A stretch of 64,000 nt of DNA from Octopus sinensis (lineage: Eukaryota): positions 131,068,001-131,132,000 of the forward strand of contig NC_042997.1 in assembly GCF_006345805.1 (NCBI RefSeq), in the 5' to 3' direction. Within the stretch, counting starts at the first letter, position 1, and every line of letters starts with the position of its first letter. The notes under the pieces are model-generated. The model had not been told where the DNA came from. It made no database searches and saw nothing but the letters and a program-made list of their open reading frames with translations. A program made the translations under genes and the position numbers. This document shows positions 62,846-64,000 of the stretch, one piece after another.

Positions 62846-63360
62846 TCACCATCATTATCATTTAATATCCACTCTCCATGCTGGCATGGCTTGGCCAGTT
62901 TGACTGGAGCTGATAAGCCAGAGAGCAGCACCAGGTTCCAGTCTGATTTGGCATGGTTTCTATTGTTGGATGCCCTTCCTAATGCCAACCCCAACAGGAG
63001 TGTAATGGATACTTTTACATGCCACTGGCATGGGTGCTATTTACATGATACCAGCACAGCCACTACTATGATTTTATTTGGCCTGATGAGTCTTCTCACT
63101 CACAGCATATCGCCAGAGGTCTCAGTTTTTAGTCATTGCCTCCGTGAGGTCCAATATTTGAAGATCATGCTTCACCACCTTGTCCATGTCTTTCTGCGTC
63201 TATCTCTTTCACTGGTCCCAGCCACAGTTAGAGATTGGCACTTCTTTACAAAGCTGTCCTTGTCCATATGCATCTCATGACCATACTAGCATAGTTTCTC
63301 TCTCTTGCACACCATATCTGATGTTTCTTCTGCCCAACTTTTCTCTCAAGATGCTATCTT
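62846..63360 (-). mobile_element. RTE LINE 3' end with family D 3' UTR
   Basis: Minus-strand LREKLG...VVKHDLQILDLTEAMT..DLWRYAV, then UTR and (GAT)n tail. Confidence 0.78.
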
Positions 63361-63640
63361 GTAGACCAGGATATTTCATGCTTACAGCATAAATAGTAGG
63401 TTTGGAAAACTAACTAATAGAAAGGAATTAGTTTTCGAGTTTACACCTTCTCTCTCTCTCTCTCTCTCGGAGAGGCACAAGCATCTACACACACATATTC
63501 ACACACGGCAGTAACTTACGCCTACCAAATTCAATCACAAAGCTTCAGTCGGCTCGGGGCTATAGTAGAAGACACCTGCCCAAAGTGCCACACGGTGGGA
63601 CTGAACCCGAAACCATGTAGCTAGGAAGCAAGCTCCCTAG

Positions 63641-63897
63641 ACTGACTCCTGTGCAGGTGGCACGTAAAAAACACCATTTCGAGCGTGGCCGTTGCCAGTA
63701 CTGCCAGACTGGCCCTCATGCAGGTGGCATGTAAAAGCACCCACTACACTCTCAGAGTAGTTGGCGTTAGGAAGGGCATCCAGCTGTAGAAACTCTGCCA
63801 GATCAGATTGGAGCCTGGCACAGCCGTCTGGTTCACCAGTCCTCAGTCAAATCGTCTCACATGGAAAGCAGACGTTAAAGGATGATGATGATGATGA
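63641..63897 (+). mobile_element. Family D repeat, preceded by a SINE A head (63490-63637, minus)
   Basis: gactcctgtgcaggtggcacgtaaaa...acgttaaaggatgatgatg. Confidence 0.8.
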
Positions 63898-64000
63898 AGA
63901 CTCATAATCTTATTGGGCATGATTAAGCAAGGTTTAAATGCTAAAAGATTAAGTAATTTAACTGCTGTCTTGATTTACACAATGACATTTTGATTACATT

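Overview
AT-rich, repeat-saturated eukaryotic genomic DNA. The SINE families, microsatellite load and TTAGGG motifs point to an octopus (coleoid cephalopod) genome; this is an inference, not a database match. I found no intact host protein-coding gene. Nearly all ORFs in the supplied track are microsatellite translations or decayed transposon fragments. Supported content: (1) a tRNA-Arg cluster at 16.0-17.7 kb with two intact TCG genes, a 5'-damaged CCG variant and a 5'-half fragment, bracketed by two near-identical composite non-autonomous Helitrons; (2) dozens of tRNA-derived SINE copies in about three families plus an RTE-tail family; (3) LINE relics (RTE with three C2H2-like fingers, Tx1/L1, CR1, Penelope-like); (4) DNA-transposon relics (mariner, Chapaev-type) and MITEs, including a GGATC-terminal family with 8-bp target-site duplications (TSDs) and internal telomeric repeats; (5) a near-perfect ~450-bp inverted duplication 3 kb apart; (6) a minimal hammerhead-ribozyme motif. 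The strongest leads are the Helitron composite with a weakened internal terminator around the tRNA genes, the inverted duplication, the telomere-repeat MITEs and the zinc-finger-tailed RTE. All alignments and translations were done by eye, and many repeat boundaries are approximate.
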